A stretch of 64,000 nt of DNA from Alistipes sp. GTDB taxonomy: Bacteria > Bacteroidota > Bacteroidia > Bacteroidales > Rikenellaceae. The stretch is from contig JAFTVX010000015.1 in the NCBI GenBank assembly GCA_017465575.1, positions 15,835-79,834 of the forward strand. Direction: 5' to 3'. The notes under the pieces are model-generated. The model did not search any database and had not been told where the DNA came from. It saw nothing but the letters and a program-made list of their open reading frames with translations. Below are positions 44,502-53,585 of the stretch, piece by piece. The stretch's first letter is position 1; every line of letters begins with the position of its first letter. The position numbers were made by a program, and so were the translations under genes.

Positions 44502-46373
44502 ATGTTGCGATTGCGATATATCGTCGCTACCCTACTATTTTTGTTCGTAGCGTGCGCCAAGGAGGAGCCCACAGCTCCTACCTCGGCCACGCTACGCTCT
44601 ATTGAGTGCCCCAATCGTAGCTATACGCTCGATGCACTCGGCACAACCGAAATACCCTTTCGTGTCGAGGATAGCAAGGCGCTATTTAACTACGCCATAT
44701 CGACCATAGGTTTTCAGGTGCAGTTGCGCTTGGAAGACGAGGTTACGCAGTCGCCCACCGAGTTTGAGCTGGTGCGCGTGGTGGCAGACGACGAGGAGCA
44801 GGGGCTGTATCGTGCCACGATTGCCGACAATGGCTCGTCGGCGATGTATAGCCAGAGGGTGCATATCGCAATCAAGCGCCAAAGTGGCGAACTGGTGCTG
44901 TCTAACGCCGTGCGCATAGCATCATCGAACTATGTAAGTGGCATAAACTCAATCGCTATTGAGAAGCGGAGCAACCCCTCGCTAACGAAGGATATCCTTT
45001 TCGCCTACGACCCTAAAGCGCAGAGCTACACCGCACATATCGACGAGTATATTGCCGATAGGCGCTTTAAGGTACGCTTTGAGACCGACGGCATCGACAA
45101 CCTAAAGGTTGAAGGCGTAGCTGTCGAGAATAACGAGACGGTTATCGACTTTAAGCACGATGCAACGCTCACGGCAGATATTGCGGGCACAACCTACGAA
45201 TATAGCCTGCACCTCGGTTGCTTTACGGGACTTCCCGTACTGCGCATTGAGACCCCTGGCGGTCAGGGCGTATGGTCGAAAGATGTGTGGGTCGAGGGCT
45301 CTACCCTATGGCTCGACGGCATGGGCAGATTCGACAATATCGAGGGCGTGGAGATGGCTATCCGTGGCCGTGGCAACTCCACTTGGGGATATGAGAAGAA
45401 GCCATACGCCATAAAGTTCACAGAGAAGCAGAAGGTGATGGGGATGCCCAAGCATAAGCGCTGGGTGTTGCTCGCCAACTATATGGACCGCACGCTAATA
45501 CGCAACCGTGTTGCATTCTTCCTCGCGGAGCAGACATCCTTAGCGTGGACACCCCGCACCGAGTTTGTCGAGCTATTCCTCAACGGTCAGCACCTCGGAC
45601 AATATCTCCTCTCGGAGCAGGTGCGTGTTGATAACGACCGCATAGCAATCACAGAGATGACACCCTCGGACAACTCTGGCGATGCCATCACGGGAGGCTA
45701 CCTGTTGGAGCTTGACTTCCACTTCGACAATCAGTGGCAGTGGTGGTCGGACCACGGCACACCCTTCGCCGTAAAGTTCCCCGACGAGGAGGACTTAACC
45801 TCGGAGCAACTCAACTGGATAAAGAGCCATATCGCTGAGGCGGAGAGCGCTATCTATGGTAGCAACTTTACGAACACGACAAGCGGATATACAAAATATA
45901 TTGATGCTCAATCGTTTATCGACTACTGGCTGATATATGAGCTTTGCGTAAACCACGAATTGGGCAACCCGGGTAGCGTATACCTCACCAAAGACCGAGG
46001 TGGCAAACTCGTTGCGGGTCCTGTCTGGGATTTCGACTGGGGCACATTCTCCTACAACGCCTCGCCACACGCCAAGGGCAAACTATTTATCACTTGGGCG
46101 TGGTGGTACAACCGCCTCTTCGAAGACCCCGCATTTTGGGATTTGGCGCGTGAGCGCTGGGCAGTGCTGAAGCCAAAGTTTATGACGGTTTTCGACTTTA
46201 TCGAACAAGAAAGGGAGTATATCGAGCGTTCGTGGAGTAAGAACTTCTCGATGTGGGGAATATCGACAGATATCAATGGCGACGAACGATTGTCATTTGA
46301 CGATGCTATCGACCGCCTTACGGAGATTACCCGAGAGCGCATCGAGGCTGTGGATAAGGCACTAAAATATTAA
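44502..46373 (+). CDS. CotH kinase family lipoprotein
   Basis: Lipobox (LFVAC). The start abuts the GH30 stop (TAAATG). CotH-type motifs are present: RGNSTWGYEKKPYAIKF, KRWVLLANYMDRTLIRN, GGYLLELD, PVWDFDWGTF. Confidence 0.8.
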   Translation: MLRLRYIVATLLFLFVACAKEEPTAPTSATLRSIECPNRSYTLDALGTTEIPFRVEDSKALFNYAISTIGFQVQLRLEDEVTQSPTEFELVRVVADDEEQGLYRATIADNGSSAMYSQRVHIAIKRQSGELVLSNAVRIASSNYVSGINSIAIEKRSNPSLTKDILFAYDPKAQSYTAHIDEYIADRRFKVRFETDGIDNLKVEGVAVENNETVIDFKHDATLTADIAGTTYEYSLHLGCFTGLPVLRIETPGGQGVWSKDVWVEGSTLWLDGMGRFDNIEGVEMAIRGRGNSTWGYEKKPYAIKFTEKQKVMGMPKHKRWVLLANYMDRTLIRNRVAFFLAEQTSLAWTPRTEFVELFLNGQHLGQYLLSEQVRVDNDRIAITEMTPSDNSGDAITGGYLLELDFHFDNQWQWWSDHGTPFAVKFPDEEDLTSEQLNWIKSHIAEAESAIYGSNFTNTTSGYTKYIDAQSFIDYWLIYELCVNHELGNPGSVYLTKDRGGKLVAGPVWDFDWGTFSYNASPHAKGKLFITWAWWYNRLFEDPAFWDLARERWAVLKPKFMTVFDFIEQEREYIERSWSKNFSMWGISTDINGDERLSFDDAIDRLTEITRERIEAVDKALKY

Positions 46374-46391
46374 TTTAATTTGCAACGAGAT

Positions 46392-46559
46392 ATGTCACTT
46401 TTCAGAGTTATTCTTTCGATTTTGTTTCCACCCTTGGCGGTTATCGACCAGGGCTGTGGCTCGTTTGTTATCGTCTTTCTGCTCACGCTCCTCGGCTGGG
46501 TGCCAGGCGTATTGGCAGCGCTGATAATATTGAATAATACTAATGAGCGCAGTCAATAG
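46392..46559 (+). CDS. Pmp3/YqaE (UPF0057) family small membrane proteolipid; not in the supplied ORF track (<60 aa)
   Basis: Hand translation gives MSLFRVILSILFPPLAVIDQGCGSFVIVFLLTLLGWVPGVLAALIILNNTNERSQ*. This has two TM helices and the LPPLAV...LLT.LGW.PG...A signature of Pmp3/YqaE proteins. Confidence 0.8.
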   Translation: MSLFRVILSILFPPLAVIDQGCGSFVIVFLLTLLGWVPGVLAALIILNNTNERSQ

Positions 46560-46664
46560 TGAATTTAGGGAAATTAGGGAATTTAGTGAAGTTAAGGAAA
46601 GCGCTACCGACATTTATCCCAAAGCTCACTACACTCCCTAAACTCATTAAACTCCCTAATAAAC
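46545..46664 (+). repeat. D-type intergenic word repeat (copy 1): TTAGGGA words - AGCGCTACCGACATTTATCCC core - TCCCTAA words
   Basis: About 88% identical by eye to 62115-62228. Homology starts at GCGCAGTCA, inside the last codons of the pmp3-like gene. Confidence 0.8.
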
Positions 46665-46681
46665 TACTTTCCACCCAGCAC

Positions 46682-46806
46682 ACTTTCTTGTCAAAAGTCG
46701 TGAGATGTGGTGCCAAATGAAAACTCCTCGGATGGGACATACTGAGCGTATTTCCCATTCGGGGAGTTAAGTTTGGTGCCGCAGATTGCGGCTTTTCACA
46801 AGAAAG
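46682..46806 (-). mobile_element. B-type MITE-like palindromic element (diverged copy)
   Basis: Termini CTTTCTTGTC...CACAAGAAAG. Central hairpin CTCCTCGGATGGGACATAC-N5-GTATTTCCCATTCGGGGAG shares the invariant core with the other copies. Confidence 0.7.
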
Positions 46807-46811
46807 AACCC

Positions 46812-46939
46812 AATTTGTCGTCAAAAGGGGTTAGGCTTGGCTCATCGCAAAAGGGAGAGCCTCGGGATAGTACACATTAGTACAGCCCGAGGCTCTCAAC
46901 TTTTGGGATGGGTCGAGAATGACCCCTTTTCACGGCAAA

Positions 46940-46941
<2 letters not shown>
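46812..46941 (-). mobile_element. B-type-related palindromic element (subfamily with a different central hairpin)
   Basis: Termini AATTTGTCGTCAAAAGGGGT...ACCCCTTTTCACGGCAAATT. Central perfect 12-bp stem GAGAGCCTCGGG/CCCGAGGCTCTC (46855-46897). The terminal TT plus the next A form the TAA stop of the esterase gene. Confidence 0.7.
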
Positions 46942-48148
<1,207 letters not shown>

Positions 48149-48166
48149 TTACTAATATATTTCAAA

Positions 48167-48174
48167 CAAAGGTA
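48167..48174 (-). promoter_or_regulatory. -7 box TACCTTTG for the esterase gene
   Basis: Reverse complement of CAAAGGTA, about 43 nt upstream of the ATG at 48124. Confidence 0.55.
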
Positions 48175-48499
48175 CGAAAAAGAAATTAGCTTTCATCACT
48201 TGTGAGGATATTTCTTGCAAAAGGTAGCTGTTAAAGGTGCATCATTATGATGCCAAAGATACAAAGTATTTGATTAATATATCACAGGTGTAACCTAAAA
48301 AATCTTTCAGATAGTCTAATCTATTCTATATCAGTACCTTAATGGTCAAACGCATTATTCATAATATTCGCTAATTCCCACTAGCCCAATGAGTTAAACC
48401 ATTTAACTAGGCACGGGTCAATATTGAGAACGGTCTGTTACACTTGGAGCATATTAATCAAATTTTCGCTAAAAAATAATTGTTTTCTGCCAAAATATT

Positions 48500-48537
48500 A
48501 ATCCCCAAAGCGTGTCCGAGGACAAACTTTGGGGATT
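48500..48537 (-). terminator. Terminator hairpin downstream of the LRR lipoprotein gene
   Basis: 11-bp perfect stem AATCCCCAAAG/CTTTGGGGATT, 20 nt after the stop codon, followed on the minus strand by an AT-rich U-tract (AATATTTTGG). Confidence 0.65.
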
Positions 48538-48556
48538 AAATTCGAGAATCACTTAT

Positions 48557-50173
48557 TTAAAAGTTATAACCCTCGATTTGGTCTGCATAGGTCAACCAAT
48601 TGCTTGCTTTCTTATACTCCTCCACCGATTCGACAGGTACATAAATCTTGCAATTCAGATTTTGGTGCTCGTTGTCGGTAAATACCCAATAACTCATATC
48701 GGGAGGCGTCGTTGCCTTCACATAGACGGTTTTGAGGTTGGTACAACCCGCAAAAATCTGCGAATCGATTTGCCCAATCGATGCAGGCAATGTAATGGTC
48801 TCCAAGCTGACGCAATTACCAAACATACGATCCGTAAGTCGGGTGATGCCCTCGGCAAACTCCACAATTTTCAGACTGGTACAGTCGTAGAAAATCATTC
48901 CCCCCAGGCTCGTTAGCTGACCCTTGATCAACACCGTTTCGAGCGACGTACAAGCGCGGAAAGCATATGCGTCAATTTGGTATACATTTTCGGGAATTAT
49001 AATGCCTTTCAAACCATCGCAAGCGATAAACGCACCTTCGCAAATTGTGCGCAACGAGTTCGGCAAAGCCACCTCCTCAAGATTATCTTTATCATAGAAG
49101 ATATGATAAGGCAACTGCGTCACTTCGCCACTAAAGTGCTTCACGCGACAACATCCACCAGGGTTGTAATCGTACTCGAAAATCGATTCTGTACCGTCAG
49201 CGTTAGTACCAAAAACGCGAGTTCCATAACCCTCCACATAGAAATCTATAAACTGATTGGTATCTGGAGACTTCGATTTATACCACAGCTCATTGTTTGC
49301 CGGACCGTTAAACATAGGCTTATAAGCCGCCATGAGCTTAGCTGTATTGCGTGAAACCGTCAGTTTTTTGTTGGTGGATTGGGTATCCATTTGATTCTGG
49401 GAATTGACCGTCATGATGGTAATACCCTTCTCGAAGGTTACGGGAGGGAGCACAAACCAAAACTCGGTGGGGTTCTCCTTGTCGTTGCTGAGCGTCACAC
49501 CCTCACCGCAGTCAATCGTCACCTCTCGGCTTCCACCCTCTGCCATCATCAGCGAAGGGGTGTAACCATAGCGAGCCTCTGCCGTTGCGTTGCCGGCCAA
49601 CACCTCGCCGTTATTGCCGGCCAGGGTGATCGACGCAATGGTCGTGTTCTCGCCATAGAGTTTGACCACCAGGTAGCCACCTACGCTACGGAAGGGGAGT
49701 ATATCGCTTTGAGCACTCTCGGCAGCAGCCACCATGACATTGGCACTCGGGCCATAAGAGTTCTTGGCATAGTACTGCATAGCGGGCATGGTCAGCGAAA
49801 TCTTCTCCTCTGCATCGAGCGTAGCGGCAGCATCACAGGGATAGAGCGCATAGGTCGTAGAGATTGCATCGCCTACCGAAGTGTCGGCCGACTCGGATTC
49901 ATCGCGCGTAAAGCTACCCTCGAAAGCGCCCGTATCGCCATCGAAGTTGAAACGCTCATTGCGCGTCGTGCGGAATACCGAAATGCTATCCTTGGCATGC
50001 CAGCACTGTCTGCGTTGCTCGTCAAGATAGGTGCGGCTCGCCGGGTCGCTCTCGGTAATTGTAGCATAATATTTCACCTCATCCGTAAGGAGAAAATGTT
50101 CCTCCGTAATCGACACCTCGGAGCACGAGGTAAAGGCACAAAGGAGGATAAAAAGGGTAAAAATCTTCTTCAT
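48557..50173 (-). CDS. BspA-type leucine-rich repeat surface lipoprotein
   Basis: The ATG at 50173 gives a lipoprotein signal (MKKIFTLFILLCAFTSCSE). The C-terminal half has LRR_5/BspA-type repeats (I.EGAF..C..L..I.IP..V..I...AF..C.SL). It looks more AT-rich than its neighbours by eye. Confidence 0.8.
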   Translation of the reverse strand: MKKIFTLFILLCAFTSCSEVSITEEHFLLTDEVKYYATITESDPASRTYLDEQRRQCWHAKDSISVFRTTRNERFNFDGDTGAFEGSFTRDESESADTSVGDAISTTYALYPCDAAATLDAEEKISLTMPAMQYYAKNSYGPSANVMVAAAESAQSDILPFRSVGGYLVVKLYGENTTIASITLAGNNGEVLAGNATAEARYGYTPSLMMAEGGSREVTIDCGEGVTLSNDKENPTEFWFVLPPVTFEKGITIMTVNSQNQMDTQSTNKKLTVSRNTAKLMAAYKPMFNGPANNELWYKSKSPDTNQFIDFYVEGYGTRVFGTNADGTESIFEYDYNPGGCCRVKHFSGEVTQLPYHIFYDKDNLEEVALPNSLRTICEGAFIACDGLKGIIIPENVYQIDAYAFRACTSLETVLIKGQLTSLGGMIFYDCTSLKIVEFAEGITRLTDRMFGNCVSLETITLPASIGQIDSQIFAGCTNLKTVYVKATTPPDMSYWVFTDNEHQNLNCKIYVPVESVEEYKKASNWLTYADQIEGYNF

Positions 50174-50193
50174 TGCACACATTCGCTTTAGGT

Positions 50194-50337
50194 TTACCAC
50201 TCGGTATCGGTGTCCGGGATGATTGGATCATCGGTCGGGTCGTTCGGGTTGGGATCAATGCTACCAGCAAAGCCCTGCTCTACATTTACTTTAATCAACT
50301 CCAACTCGGGAGCTTGATACAAAAACTGTTTCTTCAT
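50194..50337 (-). CDS. 47-aa hypothetical small protein upstream of the LRR lipoprotein gene; not in the ORF track
   Basis: Hand translation gives MKKQFLYQAPELELIKVNVEQGFAGSIDPNPNDPTDDPIIPDTDTEW*. It ends 21 nt upstream of the LRR gene ATG on the same strand. Coding status is not proven. Confidence 0.45.
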   Translation of the reverse strand: MKKQFLYQAPELELIKVNVEQGFAGSIDPNPNDPTDDPIIPDTDTEW

Positions 50338-50380
50338 ACTCTATTTTATAGTTGTTATAATATAAATTAGTTGTTATCAT

Positions 50381-50433
50381 AAAAAAAACGACAAATCGCA
50401 CCCCTTTTCCGATGCAATTTGTCGTTAAAAAAA
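50381..50433 (-). terminator. Strong intrinsic terminator inside the leader region upstream of the small ORF/LRR operon
   Basis: 10-bp perfect stem AACGACAAAT/ATTTGTCGTT (50387-50396 / 50417-50426). On the minus strand it is followed by T8. The A/T runs on both sides make it bidirectional in form. Confidence 0.7.
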
Positions 50434-50489
50434 GACTATTTATGACGAGCCGCAACAACGGCTTCTCGCACACTACACTGCGCTAAGTA

Positions 50490-50498
50490 CCCCCCCCC
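50490..50498. repeat. Homopolymeric C9 (G9 on minus strand) tract
   Basis: Nine consecutive C residues, located between the minus-strand -7 box (50559-50566) and the terminator at 50381-50433. Confidence 0.9.
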
Positions 50499-50558
50499 TC
50501 AACAACTTACGGTCATTGAGGTCGAATTTGGTATATGTGCACAACTCTTTCATCGGTG

Positions 50559-50566
50559 CAAAGATA
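50559..50566 (-). promoter_or_regulatory. -7 box TATCTTTG driving minus-strand transcription toward the G9 tract, terminator, small ORF and LRR gene
   Basis: Reverse complement of CAAAGATA, divergent from the plus-strand box at 50580-50587. Confidence 0.5.
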
Positions 50567-50579
50567 GAAATTTTTTTTG

Positions 50580-50587
50580 TATATTTG
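50580..50587 (+). promoter_or_regulatory. -7 box TATATTTG for the metallophosphoesterase gene
   Basis: TAnnTTTG 31 nt upstream of the ATG at 50618, preceded by TTTG at about 50577-50580. Confidence 0.55.
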
Positions 50588-50617
50588 CCTAACAAATGGC
50601 ATTGATTTAGCAAGAGA

Positions 50618-51106
50618 ATGAAGATAGGCATAATTTCTGATACGCACGGAACATTCGACAAGGTGTTGCAAGATTTCCTACAGCCTTGCGATGAGGTATG
50701 GTGTGCAGGCGATTTTGGCTCAACGGAGGTTGCCGATAAGATTGCCCAGTTTAAGCCTCTGCGTGCCGTATATGGCAATATCGATGGCGATATTGTCAGG
50801 CGTATGTATGGCGAATTTTGCTTCTTCGAGGTCGAGGGCGTCAAGGTGCTGATGACACACATCGGTGGTTACCCTCGCAAATATGCACCCAAGGCTCTGC
50901 AACATATCCACGGCGCTCGCCCCAAGATTTTTGTTGCGGGACACTCGCACATCTTGAAGGTTATCTACGACCCCGTGTACGATCTTCTGCATATCAACCC
51001 CGGTGCTGCGGGCAAGTATGGCATTCACAAGGTGCGCACCGCCGTAAGGTTTGATATCGAGGCAGGCGAGATAAAGAATATGGAGATTGGAGAGTGGGAG
51101 AAGTAG
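50618..51106 (+). CDS. Metallophosphoesterase family protein (YfcE/MJ0936-like)
   Basis: MKIGIISDTHG, GD..., GNID(C)D and GHSH motifs. 162 aa. Confidence 0.85.
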   Translation: MKIGIISDTHGTFDKVLQDFLQPCDEVWCAGDFGSTEVADKIAQFKPLRAVYGNIDGDIVRRMYGEFCFFEVEGVKVLMTHIGGYPRKYAPKALQHIHGARPKIFVAGHSHILKVIYDPVYDLLHINPGAAGKYGIHKVRTAVRFDIEAGEIKNMEIGEWEK

Positions 51107-51182
51107 TTATTAGTTGTTAGTTGTTAGTTATTAGAACTTCCGCTAAAAAAACATTTTAACTCATCGTAACCCATTTTAACCC
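51106..51182 (+). repeat. A-type intergenic word repeat (copy 3)
   Basis: Starts at the stop codon of the metallophosphoesterase gene. It reads TTATTAGTTGTTAGTTGTTAGTTATTAG + AACTTCCGCTAAAAAAACATTTTAAC + TCATCGTAACCCATTTTAACCC. Confidence 0.8.
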
Positions 51183-51228
51183 ACAAAGCGAAAGAGAAAA
51201 AAACAAAGCAAAGATACATTAACTGACT

Positions 51229-52197
51229 ATGAAAAAGATTGCACTATTAGTGTTGAGTTTGGTGATGTGTTGTGCGATGGCTACGGCACAAGAGGTTGAG
51301 TGCAAAACATTTCACTATGCCACAAACGATGGCGTGGAGCTATACCTCGACCGCCACACAACAAATATAGCGACCGACGACGAGCGCCCCTGTATGATTT
51401 TTGTCTTCGGCGGAGGCTTTGTGCGTGGCGACCGCAACCACGAATACTACCATCGCTACTTCGAGCACCTCGCAAAGGAGGGCATCGTGGTAGTAACGAT
51501 AGACTACCGCTTAGGTCTCAAGGACTTAGGCAAGAAGGCGGGAGGCAAGAAGCTCGGAATCCGTGGCGTAATTGATGCGATGACCAATGCTGTGAACATT
51601 GCCGCAGAGGATATCTACTCGGCAACGCTCTTCGTACTGGACAATGCCGAGGAGTGGGGCGTAGACCCCACAAAGATTATGCTTAGCGGCTCGAGTGCGG
51701 GCGCTATCGCCTCGTTGCAAGCCGAGTATATGCGCTGCAACGACCACAAATTGGCAGAGGTGCTACCCGAGGATTTCCGCTACGCTGCCGTAATATCGTG
51801 TGCTGGCGCTATCTACTCTACCAACGGCAGACCCAAGTTCAAGAGCGCTCCCGCACCCATTCTCCTCTTCCACGGCTCGTCGGATAGCAATGTACCCTAC
51901 AACCGAGCATCGGTGTTGGGCGTGGGATTCTATGGCTCGAAGTATATCGCAAAGCAGTTGGATAAGTTGCAGTCGCCATATATGTTCTACTCGGCAGAGT
52001 ATGTCGACCACGCAATGGCGGGCATACCGCTAATCTATCAGTGCGACCTTATCGTGCAGTTTATCACGGACTATGTCGTCGAGGGTCGCAAACAACGCAC
52101 CGTGGTGGATGCCTCGATGTGGGACGGCGAGAAGCGACCCACACGCTTTACCGCCAAGGACTACCTCAAGACGAACTACGCACGAAAGGCAGAATAG
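51229..52197 (+). CDS. Alpha/beta hydrolase (carboxylesterase/lipase-like)
   Basis: Signal peptide, the FVFGGGF oxyanion-type motif and the GSSAGA nucleophile elbow. 322 aa. Confidence 0.75.
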   Translation: MKKIALLVLSLVMCCAMATAQEVECKTFHYATNDGVELYLDRHTTNIATDDERPCMIFVFGGGFVRGDRNHEYYHRYFEHLAKEGIVVVTIDYRLGLKDLGKKAGGKKLGIRGVIDAMTNAVNIAAEDIYSATLFVLDNAEEWGVDPTKIMLSGSSAGAIASLQAEYMRCNDHKLAEVLPEDFRYAAVISCAGAIYSTNGRPKFKSAPAPILLFHGSSDSNVPYNRASVLGVGFYGSKYIAKQLDKLQSPYMFYSAEYVDHAMAGIPLIYQCDLIVQFITDYVVEGRKQRTVVDASMWDGEKRPTRFTAKDYLKTNYARKAE

Positions 52198-52202
52198 CAA
52201 CG

Positions 52203-52241
52203 AGTGAGTGCCAAGCGACGATTGGCGCTCACTTGTCTTTT
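52203..52241 (+). terminator. Terminator of the alpha/beta hydrolase gene
   Basis: Stem AGTGAGTGCC/GGCGCTCACT (one G-U) followed by TGTCTTTT. Confidence 0.65.
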
Positions 52242-52306
52242 GGGCGGTACAGTTATCCTAAAAATCCGAAAAATCTCTGCGATTTTTTATTTCCCCAATT
52301 TTTTCG

Positions 52307-52314
52307 TAACTTTG
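52307..52314 (+). promoter_or_regulatory. -7 box TAACTTTG for the DUF4834 gene
   Basis: Perfect TAnnTTTG 30 nt upstream of the ATG at 52344. Confidence 0.55.
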
Positions 52315-52343
52315 TGGCTCTATATGTAATATAGCAAACAGAA

Positions 52344-52817
52344 ATGAACATACTACGAATAATCATATTTGGTCTGCTCGCCTTTATCGAGCGCAACCCT
52401 ATCTTCTGCATCTTTCTGCTCTTTGTGGCAATTATGGCACCCGCACTCTTCAAGGTTGTGGGCTGGATAATTTTGGGCATCATCGCCCTCTTTCTTGCTA
52501 TCCTCGGCATCGGCTGGTGGCGTATGCGCAAGATGCAACGAGAGCTTAACAACCAGTTCCGCCAGACAGCCTCGGGCGCAGGCTTCAACGGCTCGGGCTC
52601 GGCGGGTGGCTTCAACGGCTTTGGCGGCTTTTCGACTGGCGGTATGACACTCGAGGAGCTTGTACGACAGATGCACGCACAGGCAGATGCTGCAAAGCGC
52701 AACTCGGCAAACAACGCAAATAGTCAGACCACGACAACAACGACAACCTCAGGCTCAACACAGAAGAAGGTGAGCGACAAGGTGGGCGACTATGTAGATT
52801 TTGAGGAGGTCGAGTAA
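52344..52817 (+). CDS. DUF4834 family membrane protein
   Basis: Two N-terminal TM helices, a Gly/Ser/Thr-rich linker and the C-terminal DYVDFEEVE motif characteristic of DUF4834. Confidence 0.7.
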   Translation: MNILRIIIFGLLAFIERNPIFCIFLLFVAIMAPALFKVVGWIILGIIALFLAILGIGWWRMRKMQRELNNQFRQTASGAGFNGSGSAGGFNGFGGFSTGGMTLEELVRQMHAQADAAKRNSANNANSQTTTTTTTSGSTQKKVSDKVGDYVDFEEVE

Positions 52818-52841
52818 CCACGGTAAACGAAAACAACCCAG

Positions 52842-53585
52842 ATGATAAAGCTTTTTGAACATATCGGCAAGTACTTTATGTTGCTTGCAAAGGTATTCTC
52901 GCGACCCGAGAAGGGGCGCATCTATCGCCGAAGAATCATGTTCGAGATGGAGGCTCTCGGCTTCAACTCTATCTCGCTCACAGCGATTATCTCGACATTT
53001 ATCGGTGCCGTTGTGGCACTGCAGATGGCAATCACGCTTGAGTCGCCCTTTATCCCCAAGTTTATGATTGGCTACGCAACACGCGAGGTGATGATTTTGG
53101 AGTTCTCATCTACGGTTGTGGCGCTTATCCTTGCGGGTAAGGTAGGCTCAAATATCGCCTCGGAGATTGGCACGATGCGTATCACCGAGCAGATTGATGC
53201 ACTCGAGATTATGGGCGTAAACTCCGCTTCGTACCTTATCTTGCCGAAGGTTGTGGCAACGGTAGTTTTCTTCCCCATCCTCACACTTTTCAGTATCTTT
53301 GTAGGTATCATCGGTGGCTATGTCATCGCTCGTTGGGGCGGTCTTATGCTTCCGGGCGACTATATCGAGGGCTTGTTCTACTATTTCGAGCCATTCTCTA
53401 TCACCTATGCTTTGGTCAAGGGCGCAGTATTCGCCTTTATCATAACCTCTATCTCGGCTTACTGCGGCTACTATGCCAAGGGCAACTCTCTGGAGGTAGG
53501 TCGTGCCTCGACCCGTGCCGTGGTAGCAAGCTCCGTAACGATTATGATTTTTGACCTTATCCTAACACAAATTATGCGCGTATGA
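52842..53585 (+). CDS. mlaE: MlaE family ABC transporter permease
   Basis: 247-aa polytopic protein with RITEQIDALEIMGVN (the MlaE signature EQIDAL.) upstream of the ATPase gene. Confidence 0.85.
   Translation: MIKLFEHIGKYFMLLAKVFSRPEKGRIYRRRIMFEMEALGFNSISLTAIISTFIGAVVALQMAITLESPFIPKFMIGYATREVMILEFSSTVVALILAGKVGSNIASEIGTMRITEQIDALEIMGVNSASYLILPKVVATVVFFPILTLFSIFVGIIGGYVIARWGGLMLPGDYIEGLFYYFEPFSITYALVKGAVFAFIITSISAYCGYYAKGNSLEVGRASTRAVVASSVTIMIFDLILTQIMRV

Noticed and set aside
46395-46613. Minus-strand ORF of 72 aa starting MSVALSLTSLNSLISLNSL. A second ORF at 61975-62181 starts with the nearly identical MSVALSLTSLYSLISLNSL.
   Set aside because: The shared peptide is a by-product of translating the conserved D-type DNA repeat. 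Both ORFs run antisense into real genes (the pmp3-like gene and the plug-like ORF). They consist of low-complexity Leu/Ser codons derived from TCCCTAA words.
50473-50862. 129-aa minus-strand ORF spanning the divergent promoter region and the 5' end of the metallophosphoesterase gene.
   Set aside because: Most of it is antisense to a well-supported gene, and it crosses both -7 boxes. Only its last 26 codons, downstream of the minus-strand -7 box, were kept as a speculative mini-ORF within the leader finding.
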